Shown piece after piece: positions 52,709 to 61,402 of a stretch of 64,000 nucleotides of DNA. A program made the translations under genes and the position numbers. This DNA comes from Candidatus Eiseniibacteriota bacterium. Lineage in GTDB: Bacteria; Eisenbacteria; RBG-16-71-46; CAVPCR01. The number at the start of each line of letters is the position of its first letter. Within the stretch, counting starts at the first letter, position 1. The stretch lies in NCBI GenBank assembly GCA_963823555.1, contig CAWGMA010000003.1, positions 736,001-800,000 of the forward strand. Direction: 5' to 3'. A model generated the notes under the pieces. It had not been told where the DNA came from. It was given only the letters and a program-made list of their open reading frames with translations, and ran no database searches.

Positions 52709-54087
52709 GCGCGGGTCGATCCAGCGTAGGCGGCGAAGGTGTGCACGAACGCACGCATTCCCCCGGCTGCCTGTTGCCAGTCGAAGAACTCATCCGGGGC
52801 GTGATAGCCGTGCTCGGGAAGGCTCAGCGGCAGGAATGCGATGGGCACCCGGAGCCTGTCGGCCAGGATGCTGACCGCACCGATCGACCCGCCTTCACGC
52901 ACCGGAACCGGATCGCGGCCGAAAGCGCGTGCCATCCCGGTCTTCACTGCCGCCGCGGCCGGTCCGTCGAGCCGTCCCGTGTAGGGCGCGAGACGGCCGG
53001 TGGCCACCACCTCCACGTCGGGGTTCACCGCGGCCACGAACTCCCGGAGGCGGGCCTCGATCCGCGCCGGGTCCTGCCCGTGGACCAGGCGGAAGCTCAC
53101 CTTGAGCTCGCCCTCCCGCGGCACGGCGGTCTTGACCCCGGGCCCCACGTAGCCGCCGGCCAGGCCATGGACCTCGAAGGTGGGGCGGGTCCAGAGGCGG
53201 AGCATCATCTCGAGCGGAACTTCCGTCTCGAGCTTGTCCAGGGCATAGGCGCGCTTGAAGTAGTCGACATCGAAGCCGCAGGCCATGAAGCCGGCGATCT
53301 CCTCGGCCGTGGGCGCGATCATGCCCTCATGCCAGAAACGTGACCCGTTGATTGCTGCGACAAGAAGTGAAAGTTCGCGGAGCGGATTCCGGGCCACCCC
53401 GCCGGTCATTCCGGAGTGCGCCTCCTTGGCGGCGGTGTGCAGGCGGAGAATCGCATTGAGCGATCCCCTCAGGCTGTAGGACATGGCGGGCACGGCGGCA
53501 TTCGGCCACAGGGAGTCGGAGACGATGACGCAGTCGGCGGCAAATCCCTTCCGCTGCGTCATCCGCGTCACGACCTCGGCGAAGTGCGGGCTCCCGATCT
53601 CCTCCTCGGTTTCCCAGATGAAGCGGACTGCGATCGGAATACCGTGCGTGGCGGCGTAGGCGGCGGCCCGCAACGCGGCGAGCGCCGGGCCCTTGTCGTC
53701 GGTGGTCCCGCGGCCGCAGTAGAGGAAGCGTCGCTCCCGGTGGTCCTCGACCGCGAAGCGGAAGGGCTCGCCGCGGGTCCAGGTGGCGAGATCGGCCGGC
53801 TGCACATCGAGATGGTTGTAGATGAGGATCGAGGCGCGTGCGTTCTCGGGCACGAACCCGCCGACCACCGCCGGGGTGCCCCCGGTTTCGATCAGCTCGG
53901 CCTCGCCGCCGAGGTCGCGGATCATGTCGCGCGCCGCCTCGGCACCGCGGCGGATGTCGTCCTCGCGGCCGCCCCCGGGACTCACCGTCGGGATCTCGAC
54001 GAGCGTGCGCAGGCACCCGCGGAACCAGGGCTCGGAATCGGCCACATGAAGGTCGAGCGCGTGCGGATCGATGGGGGTCTGGGACAT
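52705..54087 (-). CDS. M20 family metallopeptidase (dipeptidase-like)
   Basis: YNHLDVQP, GRGTTDDKG, ETEEEIGS, HSG, EGGSI, HAPDE. Confidence 0.92.
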   Translation of the reverse strand: MSQTPIDPHALDLHVADSEPWFRGCLRTLVEIPTVSPGGGREDDIRRGAEAARDMIRDLGGEAELIETGGTPAVVGGFVPENARASILIYNHLDVQPADLATWTRGEPFRFAVEDHRERRFLYCGRGTTDDKGPALAALRAAAYAATHGIPIAVRFIWETEEEIGSPHFAEVVTRMTQRKGFAADCVIVSDSLWPNAAVPAMSYSLRGSLNAILRLHTAAKEAHSGMTGGVARNPLRELSLLVAAINGSRFWHEGMIAPTAEEIAGFMACGFDVDYFKRAYALDKLETEVPLEMMLRLWTRPTFEVHGLAGGYVGPGVKTAVPREGELKVSFRLVHGQDPARIEARLREFVAAVNPDVEVVATGRLAPYTGRLDGPAAAAVKTGMARAFGRDPVPVREGGSIGAVSILADRLRVPIAFLPLSLPEHGYHAPDEFFDWQQAAGGMRAFVHTFAAYAGSTRA

Positions 54088-54142
54088 GCGTTGGGATCTC
54101 CTTGCTGGGTGATGTGCCGCCGCGGAGTATAATCGACCGCCG

Positions 54143-55501
54143 ATGACTCGACGATCGCACATGGGGCGCGGACCGCGGGGAGAGCGACCGGCCGAAGGGC
54201 CGCGGATGGTGTTCGCCGACGCCGCAGGCCGCATCTACGACCATCCCGAGCTCGGGATGGCCGGCGTGGATGGTGGCGAGCCCGCGCCCGTGCCAGCGCC
54301 GGACCTCCTGCCGCTGCCGCGCGGGAGCGATCTCTTCACGCTCCCCGGCCGGAGTCCGATCGGCATCGATCCGGGAACGGGGCGCGCCGTCGAATACACG
54401 GGTGACGGAACGGCCGGACCGATCGATGCCGTCGCCGCTTTCCTCGCCCCCGCGCACACGCTCACCCTGACGCCGGCCTACGCGACCCGGTCCGGCGCTC
54501 CAGCGCTACCCCTCTTCGCCTACTCCGCCGTCGGCTTTCGGGACGGCGAGTTCGTCGCCACCGGGTTCCGCGTCGATCCCGACATCCGCCAGGATCCCTG
54601 GCGCTTCGACCCCAAGCGGCTCGCGAAGCAGGTCGCCGCACGGATGGCGACGGCGGGGGAGAACCAGGTGATCCAGCAGCTCGAGCGCTGTGCTCTCGAG
54701 TACAACTGCCGGGCCGCGCAGAACTACTTCATCGGACGGCACGAGGCACCGCTGCCGACGAGCGTCACCTGCAATTCGCTCTGTGTGGGCTGCATCTCGC
54801 TCCAGGCGGACGGCTCGTTCAAGGCGAGCCATGATCGACTGGGGCGGGCGCCGAGCGCCGAGGACGTGGCCGAGGTCGCGCTGGAGCACATTGCGCGGGT
54901 GCCGGAGGCGGTCGTGAGCTTCGGCCAGGGCTGCGAGGGGGAGCCGCTCCTGAACGCCCAGCTCCTCATCCGGTCGGTCGAGCTCATTCGTGCGGCCACC
55001 GACGCCGGCACCATCAATCTCAACTCGAACGCCTCGAAGCCGGACGTGGTGGCCGCTCTCGCCGCGACCGGTCTCGACTCGATCCGGGTGAGCCTCAACA
55101 GCGCGCGTCCCGATGTCTACGCCGCCTATTACCGCCCGCAGAAGTACTCGTTCGCGGATGTCGTGGCGTCGATGCAGGAGATGAAGGAGCGCGGCCGCTA
55201 TCTCTCGATCAATTACCTCGTCTTCCCCGGGGTCACCGACAACGAGGAGGAGCTCTCGGCGCTCGTGGATCTCATCGCCGAGACCGACCTCGACCTGGTG
55301 CAGATGCGTAACCTGAACATCGATCCCGAGGTCTACCAGGCGGCCCTCCCTGCCGGCACCATGCGCCAGGGCTTCGGGCTCAGGCGCGTCATGACGGAGC
55401 TCCGCGCCCGCTTCCCGCAACTCCGTTTCGGTTACTTCAATCCGCCGAAGGAGCGCTACGCCGCCTTCCGCACCGAACCGGCACCGGCTCTGTTCGGCTA
55501 G
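54143..55501 (+). CDS. Radical SAM protein of uncharacterised family
   Basis: CNSLCVGC (CX3CX2C), SFGQGCEGEP, NSN, RVSLNS, QMRNLNIDP. TATAAT at 54128-54133. Confidence 0.9.
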   Translation: MTRRSHMGRGPRGERPAEGPRMVFADAAGRIYDHPELGMAGVDGGEPAPVPAPDLLPLPRGSDLFTLPGRSPIGIDPGTGRAVEYTGDGTAGPIDAVAAFLAPAHTLTLTPAYATRSGAPALPLFAYSAVGFRDGEFVATGFRVDPDIRQDPWRFDPKRLAKQVAARMATAGENQVIQQLERCALEYNCRAAQNYFIGRHEAPLPTSVTCNSLCVGCISLQADGSFKASHDRLGRAPSAEDVAEVALEHIARVPEAVVSFGQGCEGEPLLNAQLLIRSVELIRAATDAGTINLNSNASKPDVVAALAATGLDSIRVSLNSARPDVYAAYYRPQKYSFADVVASMQEMKERGRYLSINYLVFPGVTDNEEELSALVDLIAETDLDLVQMRNLNIDPEVYQAALPAGTMRQGFGLRRVMTELRARFPQLRFGYFNPPKERYAAFRTEPAPALFG

Positions 55502-55533
55502 CACCCGGGACTCGACCGGACTACACTCCGCCC

Positions 55534-56496
55534 ATGGCCACGACCACAGGCACCCGCCGCCGCAAGAAGAAGACCGCCCCCGAATCGGCCGGGCTCGTTC
55601 CACTCGAGACGCGAGCCGATCCGCCGCCGCCGATCAGCGAGCTTGCCGCCCAGGTCGAGGCCGATGGCGGTTGTGTGCATTCGATCTATCGGGATCCCTT
55701 CGGGGGACGCTGGCTCCTTTTCGTCGTGCTCCCTCTCGATCGCGTCATCGCGAGCCCCTTCCAGCGCGATCCATCCGCCACGCATGTCGGGCGATTGCAG
55801 GGGGTGATCGAGAAGATCGGACGTTTCCTCGATCCCATCATCGTGGTCCGCAACCCCGAGGGCAATTACTGGACGCCGAACGGCAACCACCGTCTGGAGG
55901 CGCTGCGCGCCCTCGGTGCCCGCTCGGTGTCCGCGCTCCTTCTCCCCGAGCACGAGATGGTGTACACGATCCTCGCCCTCAACACCGAGAAGGCGCACAA
56001 CCTGAAGGAGAAGGCCCTCGAGGTGATTCGCATGGCGCGCGACATCGCCGCGCTGCGGTCGGGCTCGGAGCTCCAGTACGCCTTCGCCTTCGAGGAGCCG
56101 GCGTTCCTCACCCTCGGCATCTGTTACGAGAAGCGGCCGCGATTCGCCGGCGGGGCCTACCACCCGGTGCTGCGCCGGGTGGATGAGTTCCAGGAGGCGG
56201 AGCTCCCGGCGGCGCTCGAGACGCGCACGGGATGGGCGGAGAAGCTGCTCCAGCTCGATGATCGCGTGACCGAGATCGTAGCCGAGCTCAAGGAGCGCGG
56301 ATTCGTGAGCCCCTATCTCAAGGCCTTCGTCGTGGCCCGCGTCAATCCCCTCCGCTTCCAGCGCGGCGCCACGGCCGAGCTCGAGCCCACGCTCGAGAAG
56401 ATGCTGGCCGCGGCCCAGCGCTTCGACGCCGGCCGGATCCGGGAAAAGGATCTCGCGGGAACCGGTGGCCCGCCGCCGGCGGAGGGCGAGGATTGA
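55534..56496 (+). CDS. ParB/Srx N-terminal-domain protein
   Basis: PFQRD, FLDPIIV, TPNGNHRLEA (GxxR box), ALNTEK. Confidence 0.8.
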   Translation: MATTTGTRRRKKKTAPESAGLVPLETRADPPPPISELAAQVEADGGCVHSIYRDPFGGRWLLFVVLPLDRVIASPFQRDPSATHVGRLQGVIEKIGRFLDPIIVVRNPEGNYWTPNGNHRLEALRALGARSVSALLLPEHEMVYTILALNTEKAHNLKEKALEVIRMARDIAALRSGSELQYAFAFEEPAFLTLGICYEKRPRFAGGAYHPVLRRVDEFQEAELPAALETRTGWAEKLLQLDDRVTEIVAELKERGFVSPYLKAFVVARVNPLRFQRGATAELEPTLEKMLAAAQRFDAGRIREKDLAGTGGPPPAEGED

Positions 56497-57377
56497 TCAC
56501 GCTCCTGGTCGCGGGACTGGTCGCGCTGTTCGCCGGAGCCCCGGTCGATTCGACTTACGTCGCCACGATCCTCGCTGAGCGCACGGAGCGCGAAGCGCGG
56601 CTCAGGGCCGACGATGGCTGGCTCACCGTCGCCGGTCTCCACTGGTTCATGCCCGGCGAGAACTCCTGCGGCACCGATCGCGGCAACACGATCATCCTGC
56701 CCGCCGGCTCGGCGCCGGCCGCGGTCGGTCGCTTCATCCTCCGCGGGGACTCGGTCGGGGTCGAGGTGCTCCCCGGCGTGCCGGTCACCTGCGACGGGCG
56801 GCCGGTGACGCAGATGACTCTCCGGAGCGACGAGGAGGGTCGGCCCGACGTGCTGGTCCTCGACCAGCTTCGTCTCTTCGTCATCAGGCGAACCCGGGGG
56901 CTGGCCCTGCGCGTCCGCTATCTCGATGCACCGGCGCGCCGCGAGTTCCAGGGCCTCGACTACTTCGCGGTGGATCCCTCATGGCGGATCGAAGCTCGCT
57001 TCGTGCCCTATGACCCGCCGCGGCCGATCGTGATTCCGAGCGTGATCGGCACCGTGGACACCGTCCTGGCACCGGGATGCGTCGAGTTCGAACGTGGTGG
57101 CGAAACGTACCGCCTCGATCCGGCGAGCGATTCCACCGCCGACGGACTCTTCTTCATCTTCAAGGACGAGACGAGCGGGGTCGAGACCTATCCCCCGGGA
57201 CGCTTCCTCTCGACCGATCCTCCAGCCGGTGGCACGGTGGTGCTCGATTTCAACCGGGCGGTGAGTCCGCCCTGCGCCTACACCGAATACGCCACCTGCC
57301 CCCTGCCGCCGCTCCAGAATGCCCTCGCGCTCCGTATCCCGGCCGGCGAGAAGCTGACTCCCGGCCACCATCCCTGA
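56493..57377 (+). CDS. DUF1684 domain protein
   Basis: GWLTVAGLHW, FKDETSGVETYPPGRF, LDFNRAVSPPCAY...CPLPP.N.L..AGEK. Confidence 0.9.
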   Translation: MITLLVAGLVALFAGAPVDSTYVATILAERTEREARLRADDGWLTVAGLHWFMPGENSCGTDRGNTIILPAGSAPAAVGRFILRGDSVGVEVLPGVPVTCDGRPVTQMTLRSDEEGRPDVLVLDQLRLFVIRRTRGLALRVRYLDAPARREFQGLDYFAVDPSWRIEARFVPYDPPRPIVIPSVIGTVDTVLAPGCVEFERGGETYRLDPASDSTADGLFFIFKDETSGVETYPPGRFLSTDPPAGGTVVLDFNRAVSPPCAYTEYATCPLPPLQNALALRIPAGEKLTPGHHP

Positions 57378-57505
57378 CCGCTTGAGCCGGGACGCCGCCT
57401 CGGGTAGCATCTCCGGCGGCGCGGATCTACGAGCTCGTTCTGCGCCCTCCTCTCGCCTTGATTCCAGACGAGCCTCGACAACGCACCTACGGCAAGGAGG
57501 CCTCG

Positions 57506-60316
57506 ATGCGATCCCGCACTCGCCTCGCTGCGTTGCTCGTCCTCGGCGGTTGGCTCTCGGTCCCGTGGTTTTCCACCCCGTGGATCGCGGGCCCTGCATC
57601 CGCCGCACCGCTCCCACCCAGCGCCCCGGCTCTGCCGGTCCCCGCGCCGGGTGACGTCCCCGTCACTCCCGAGGGCCAGCTTCCGCTGGTGCTCGAGACC
57701 ACGGCCGGCGGCGCCATCGCGCTGGCCGCGCGCGTCCAGGAGCTGGGCGGGCACGTCGAGTACAGCTTCGAGACCATGCCTGCTCTGGCGGTGACCGTCC
57801 CCGCCACCCGCGTGCATGAGCTCCTCGGCGATGCACAGGTTATCGCGGTCGAGCGCCAGAAGTGGATTCACCGGGCGGTCTCGACGGTGGAGCTTCCCGG
57901 CATCGGCCGCATCGAGGACGGCGCGTTCCATGTCGTCGATCTCGCTGCGAAGACGTTCCCCGTTTCTCGCGGAGAGCTCCGCCGCGGCGGCGGCAGCGAG
58001 CTGGCGACCTTTCTGGGGTACGACGCCATGATCGGCGCCACCGAGGTGTGGGAGGACGCGGATTTCGGTGAGGGCGCGATCGTCGTCGTCGTCGATACCG
58101 GTGTCTTCCCCGACCATCCGCTGATCGCCGGCAGCGTGATCGGCGGCGAGAACCTGGTGCCGGCGGAGGACGAGGAGCGGATCGATCACGACCACGATGG
58201 TACGCCGGATGGCCGCTCCTTCGACTGGAACGCCATCCAGAACCATGACCATGGCACCTTCGTGTCGGGCCTCATCGCCGGTCATGCCGATCTCGTGATG
58301 CCGCTCGAGAGCCAGCTCGCGCAGTCGCTCCTCATCCACAGTCCGGAATCGATCGACTCGGTGGATGTGACCATGGGGCGGGTGAGCCTCATGGGCATGG
58401 CGCCGGCTGCCTCCATCTATGCGATGAAGGTCTTTCCCTACGACGGCGGCAGCGCTCCGGACGCGCGCGTGGCCGCAGCGCTCGATCGCGTGATCGAGAT
58501 GAAGCGCTCGGGCGAGCTCGCCGTCGATGTCGTCAACATGAGCCTCGGCGGCCCGACCCTGTGGGATGGCCGGAGCGTCCTCGATCGCATGGTGGACGCC
58601 GCAGTGGCCGAGGGCATCACGGTCGTGGTGGCGGCGGGGAACGAGGGGCCCGCTCTCGTGACCACCGGCAGCCCGGCCAACGCGTTTCGCGCGCTCGCCG
58701 TCGGCGGGGCGGTCGATCCCATCCATACCCGGGTCGGTATCGAGCAGCTCTTCGAGGGGGCGCCGATCGGCGTCGGCCAGCTCATCTACCCCTACGATGC
58801 GGTGCAGGTGGCCAACTTCTCGAGCCGCGGCTTGACCGGCGACGGACGCGTGAAGCCGGACCTTCTCGCCACCGGTCTTCTCAGCTTCTCCTCGGCGCTC
58901 TTCGATGTCGATATGGACGGGCTCAATGACGTCCCCGGCTATGCCTTCGGCGTCGGCACCTCGTTCGCGACCCCGACCGTGGCCGGAGCGGCGGCACTGC
59001 TCGCCGCCTATGGCCGTTCGATCGGGGGACTCTCGGAGGCGCCGTACCTCGCCAACGTCCTCATGAGCCAGGCGCGACCGATCGCCGACTGGCGGCGCGT
59101 GCCGGAGGTCGAGCAGGGGAAGGGCTTCGTGCGCCTGCCGGAGGCCTTCGCCATGCTCCAGAACGGCCACGGGCAGAACCCGCCGCCGCGCAGCACGCGA
59201 AACGACGCGGTCACCTACCTCGATGCGGGAGAGCACGGCATCGTCTCCGGACGCACGCGTGCTCTCGGTCCCGGCGAGACCCACACCTTCGTCATCGAGG
59301 TGCCGTGGAGCGTCAAGAGCTTCGACGTGAGCGTTCCCGAGGTCACGCTCGGGAGCGAGCAGAATCCGATCATCGGCGATCACCTCGAAATCCACGTCCA
59401 CTCGGCGAAGCGCGGCGGGAACGGCGATTATCTCTTCGTCGATCCCGATGTGTCGCCCTTCGCCGGGTTCACCACGCATCGTCCGGAGTGGGGGCAGATC
59501 CGCGTCACCTTCGCCGGGAGCCTGACCAACTGGGGCCGCGCCGAGGCGCGCTTCACCCTCAAGACCAAGTCTGGATCGACGCCGGGCGTGCTGCGCGCAG
59601 AGGCCGCGCTCGGCAACGAGGGTGTCTGGGAAACCTCGGTCGACGTGCCGGAGGATCTGGCCGGTGTCGAGTTCTGGCTCTCCTGGGATCACGACTGGCG
59701 GACGCTTCCCACCTACGATCTCGATCTCCTGGCCATTGCGCCCGACGGCACCCCGCACCTGGGCGGGCTGTCGCTCAGGAGCCCCGAACACACGATGATC
59801 ATCCATCCCATGCCCGGGACCTGGCAGCTTCGCGTCATGGACATGGACACGATCCGGGGATCCGAGTGGTTCCGCGTGCACTGGAAGACCCATCGCTTCT
59901 TCGATCCCGATGTCTACGAGAAGGACGAGGGTGGCGGGGAAGTGGAAGTGGGCGGTCGCGAGGTGGCTGCGGCACCGGTGGATGCCGCCGCGGCCGGGGC
60001 GCCTCAGGCCGGGCTCCTGACCGTGGGGCGGCCGGCCCTGGCCTTTCTCGGCGTGACCCCGAACCCGGCGCGACCGGAGGCCTCGATCCGCTTCGAGATC
60101 GGGAACGAGGGCGGCGGTGAGGTGCGGGTCGTGATCTTCGACTTGAGCGGCCGGCGGGTGCGGACGCTCCTCGAGCGGTCGCTCGAACCGGGCGTGCACA
60201 CGGCCGAGTGGGATGGCCGCGGCGATGACGGCGCCATCGTGGCGAGCGGAGTCTACTTCGCCCGCATCGAGGCGCCGGCGGGGACGGCGACGCGCAAGCT
60301 GGTCGTGGCCCGCTAG
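57506..60316 (+). CDS. Secreted S8 (subtilisin-like) serine protease with FlgD-Ig C-terminal domain
   Basis: VVDTG, DHGTFVSG, AAGNEG, GTSFATP; PNP...WDGRGDDG...SGVYF...KLVVAR; AAGGAGG RBS. Confidence 0.93.
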   Translation: MRSRTRLAALLVLGGWLSVPWFSTPWIAGPASAAPLPPSAPALPVPAPGDVPVTPEGQLPLVLETTAGGAIALAARVQELGGHVEYSFETMPALAVTVPATRVHELLGDAQVIAVERQKWIHRAVSTVELPGIGRIEDGAFHVVDLAAKTFPVSRGELRRGGGSELATFLGYDAMIGATEVWEDADFGEGAIVVVVDTGVFPDHPLIAGSVIGGENLVPAEDEERIDHDHDGTPDGRSFDWNAIQNHDHGTFVSGLIAGHADLVMPLESQLAQSLLIHSPESIDSVDVTMGRVSLMGMAPAASIYAMKVFPYDGGSAPDARVAAALDRVIEMKRSGELAVDVVNMSLGGPTLWDGRSVLDRMVDAAVAEGITVVVAAGNEGPALVTTGSPANAFRALAVGGAVDPIHTRVGIEQLFEGAPIGVGQLIYPYDAVQVANFSSRGLTGDGRVKPDLLATGLLSFSSALFDVDMDGLNDVPGYAFGVGTSFATPTVAGAAALLAAYGRSIGGLSEAPYLANVLMSQARPIADWRRVPEVEQGKGFVRLPEAFAMLQNGHGQNPPPRSTRNDAVTYLDAGEHGIVSGRTRALGPGETHTFVIEVPWSVKSFDVSVPEVTLGSEQNPIIGDHLEIHVHSAKRGGNGDYLFVDPDVSPFAGFTTHRPEWGQIRVTFAGSLTNWGRAEARFTLKTKSGSTPGVLRAEAALGNEGVWETSVDVPEDLAGVEFWLSWDHDWRTLPTYDLDLLAIAPDGTPHLGGLSLRSPEHTMIIHPMPGTWQLRVMDMDTIRGSEWFRVHWKTHRFFDPDVYEKDEGGGEVEVGGREVAAAPVDAAAAGAPQAGLLTVGRPALAFLGVTPNPARPEASIRFEIGNEGGGEVRVVIFDLSGRRVRTLLERSLEPGVHTAEWDGRGDDGAIVASGVYFARIEAPAGTATRKLVVAR

Positions 60317-60327
60317 GACGCGAGGAG

Positions 60328-61317
60328 GTGGCGGCGGTGGCTTCCCCCGGATCCCCGGCGATCGAGCTCTCCCGGGCTCGGCTCGACGAGGTGCGCCGCC
60401 GCCTCTCCGCTCGCGTCCATCGCACTCCGGTCATCGGGAGCCGGCTCCTGTCGCAAGCGGCCGGCACCGAGCTCCTGCTCAAGGGTGAGCACCTGCAGCG
60501 CGGCGGCGCCTTCAAGATCCGCGGCGCGCTCAACTTCCTCCTCACCCTCGCCGAGGCGGAGCGCAGCCGCGGAGTGGTCACGGCCTCCTCGGGCAACCAC
60601 GGGCAGGCGGTCGCCCTGGCCGCGCGCGAGCTCGGTGTGGCGGCCACGGTCGTCGTGCCCGAGGATATCTCCGGGGTCAAGGCCGGAGCGATCCACGACT
60701 ACGGGGCCCGGATCGAGGTCGCCGGGCGCTCGTCGTCGGCGCGTCTCGAGCGCGCGCGCGAGCTTGCGGCCTCGGGCCTGGTCTTCGTCCCGCCCTACGA
60801 TCACGAGCGCATCATCGAGGGTCAGGCCACGGCGGGCGCCGAGATCGTCGAGGATGCCCCGGGCATCGATGCGGTGGTGGTGCCTGTCGGCGGGGGAGGG
60901 CTCATCTCCGGGATCGCGCTCGCGGTGAAGCTCCTTTCGCCCGCGGTCCGCGTCATCGGGGTCGAGACCGAGGCGGCGGACGACGCCCACCGGTCCTTCC
61001 ATTGCGGCCAGCGCGTGCGCATCGAGCTCCCGGATACGATCGCCGACGGCATGCGCAATCTGGAGGTGGGAGATCTCAATTGGGAGGTGATCCGCACCCG
61101 CGTCGATGACATGGTCACCGTGTCCGAGGACGAGGTTATCGCCGCCATGCGATTGCTCCTGACGCGGGCCAAGGTCGTGGCCGAGCCGACCGGGGCCGTG
61201 GCCCCGGCGGCTGTGCTCGGGGGCAAGGTGCGCGGGGCGCGGGTGGTGGCGGTCGTGAGCGGCGGTAATCTGGACCTGACCTTTCTCGAACGATTGGCCG
61301 GCACGGACGGTGGCTAA
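60328..61317 (+). CDS. Threonine/serine dehydratase (fold-type II PLP enzyme, no ACT domain)
   Basis: KGEHLQRGGAFKIRGA, ASSGNHG, PVGGGGLISG, SGGN. Confidence 0.92.
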   Translation: MAAVASPGSPAIELSRARLDEVRRRLSARVHRTPVIGSRLLSQAAGTELLLKGEHLQRGGAFKIRGALNFLLTLAEAERSRGVVTASSGNHGQAVALAARELGVAATVVVPEDISGVKAGAIHDYGARIEVAGRSSSARLERARELAASGLVFVPPYDHERIIEGQATAGAEIVEDAPGIDAVVVPVGGGGLISGIALAVKLLSPAVRVIGVETEAADDAHRSFHCGQRVRIELPDTIADGMRNLEVGDLNWEVIRTRVDDMVTVSEDEVIAAMRLLLTRAKVVAEPTGAVAPAAVLGGKVRGARVVAVVSGGNLDLTFLERLAGTDGG

Positions 61318-61402
61318 GATCCCCCGGCGGCCGCCACACCTGATAGAATCGAATGCGGTAGTTTGCCCGGCCGCGCCGATCCCCTTGAGAAAGGACGCAG
61401 CC

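Noticed and set aside
55534..56496. Chromosome-partitioning parB locus or plasmid origin
   Set aside because: No parA, no recognisable parS palindrome or rep gene, and no clear HTH.
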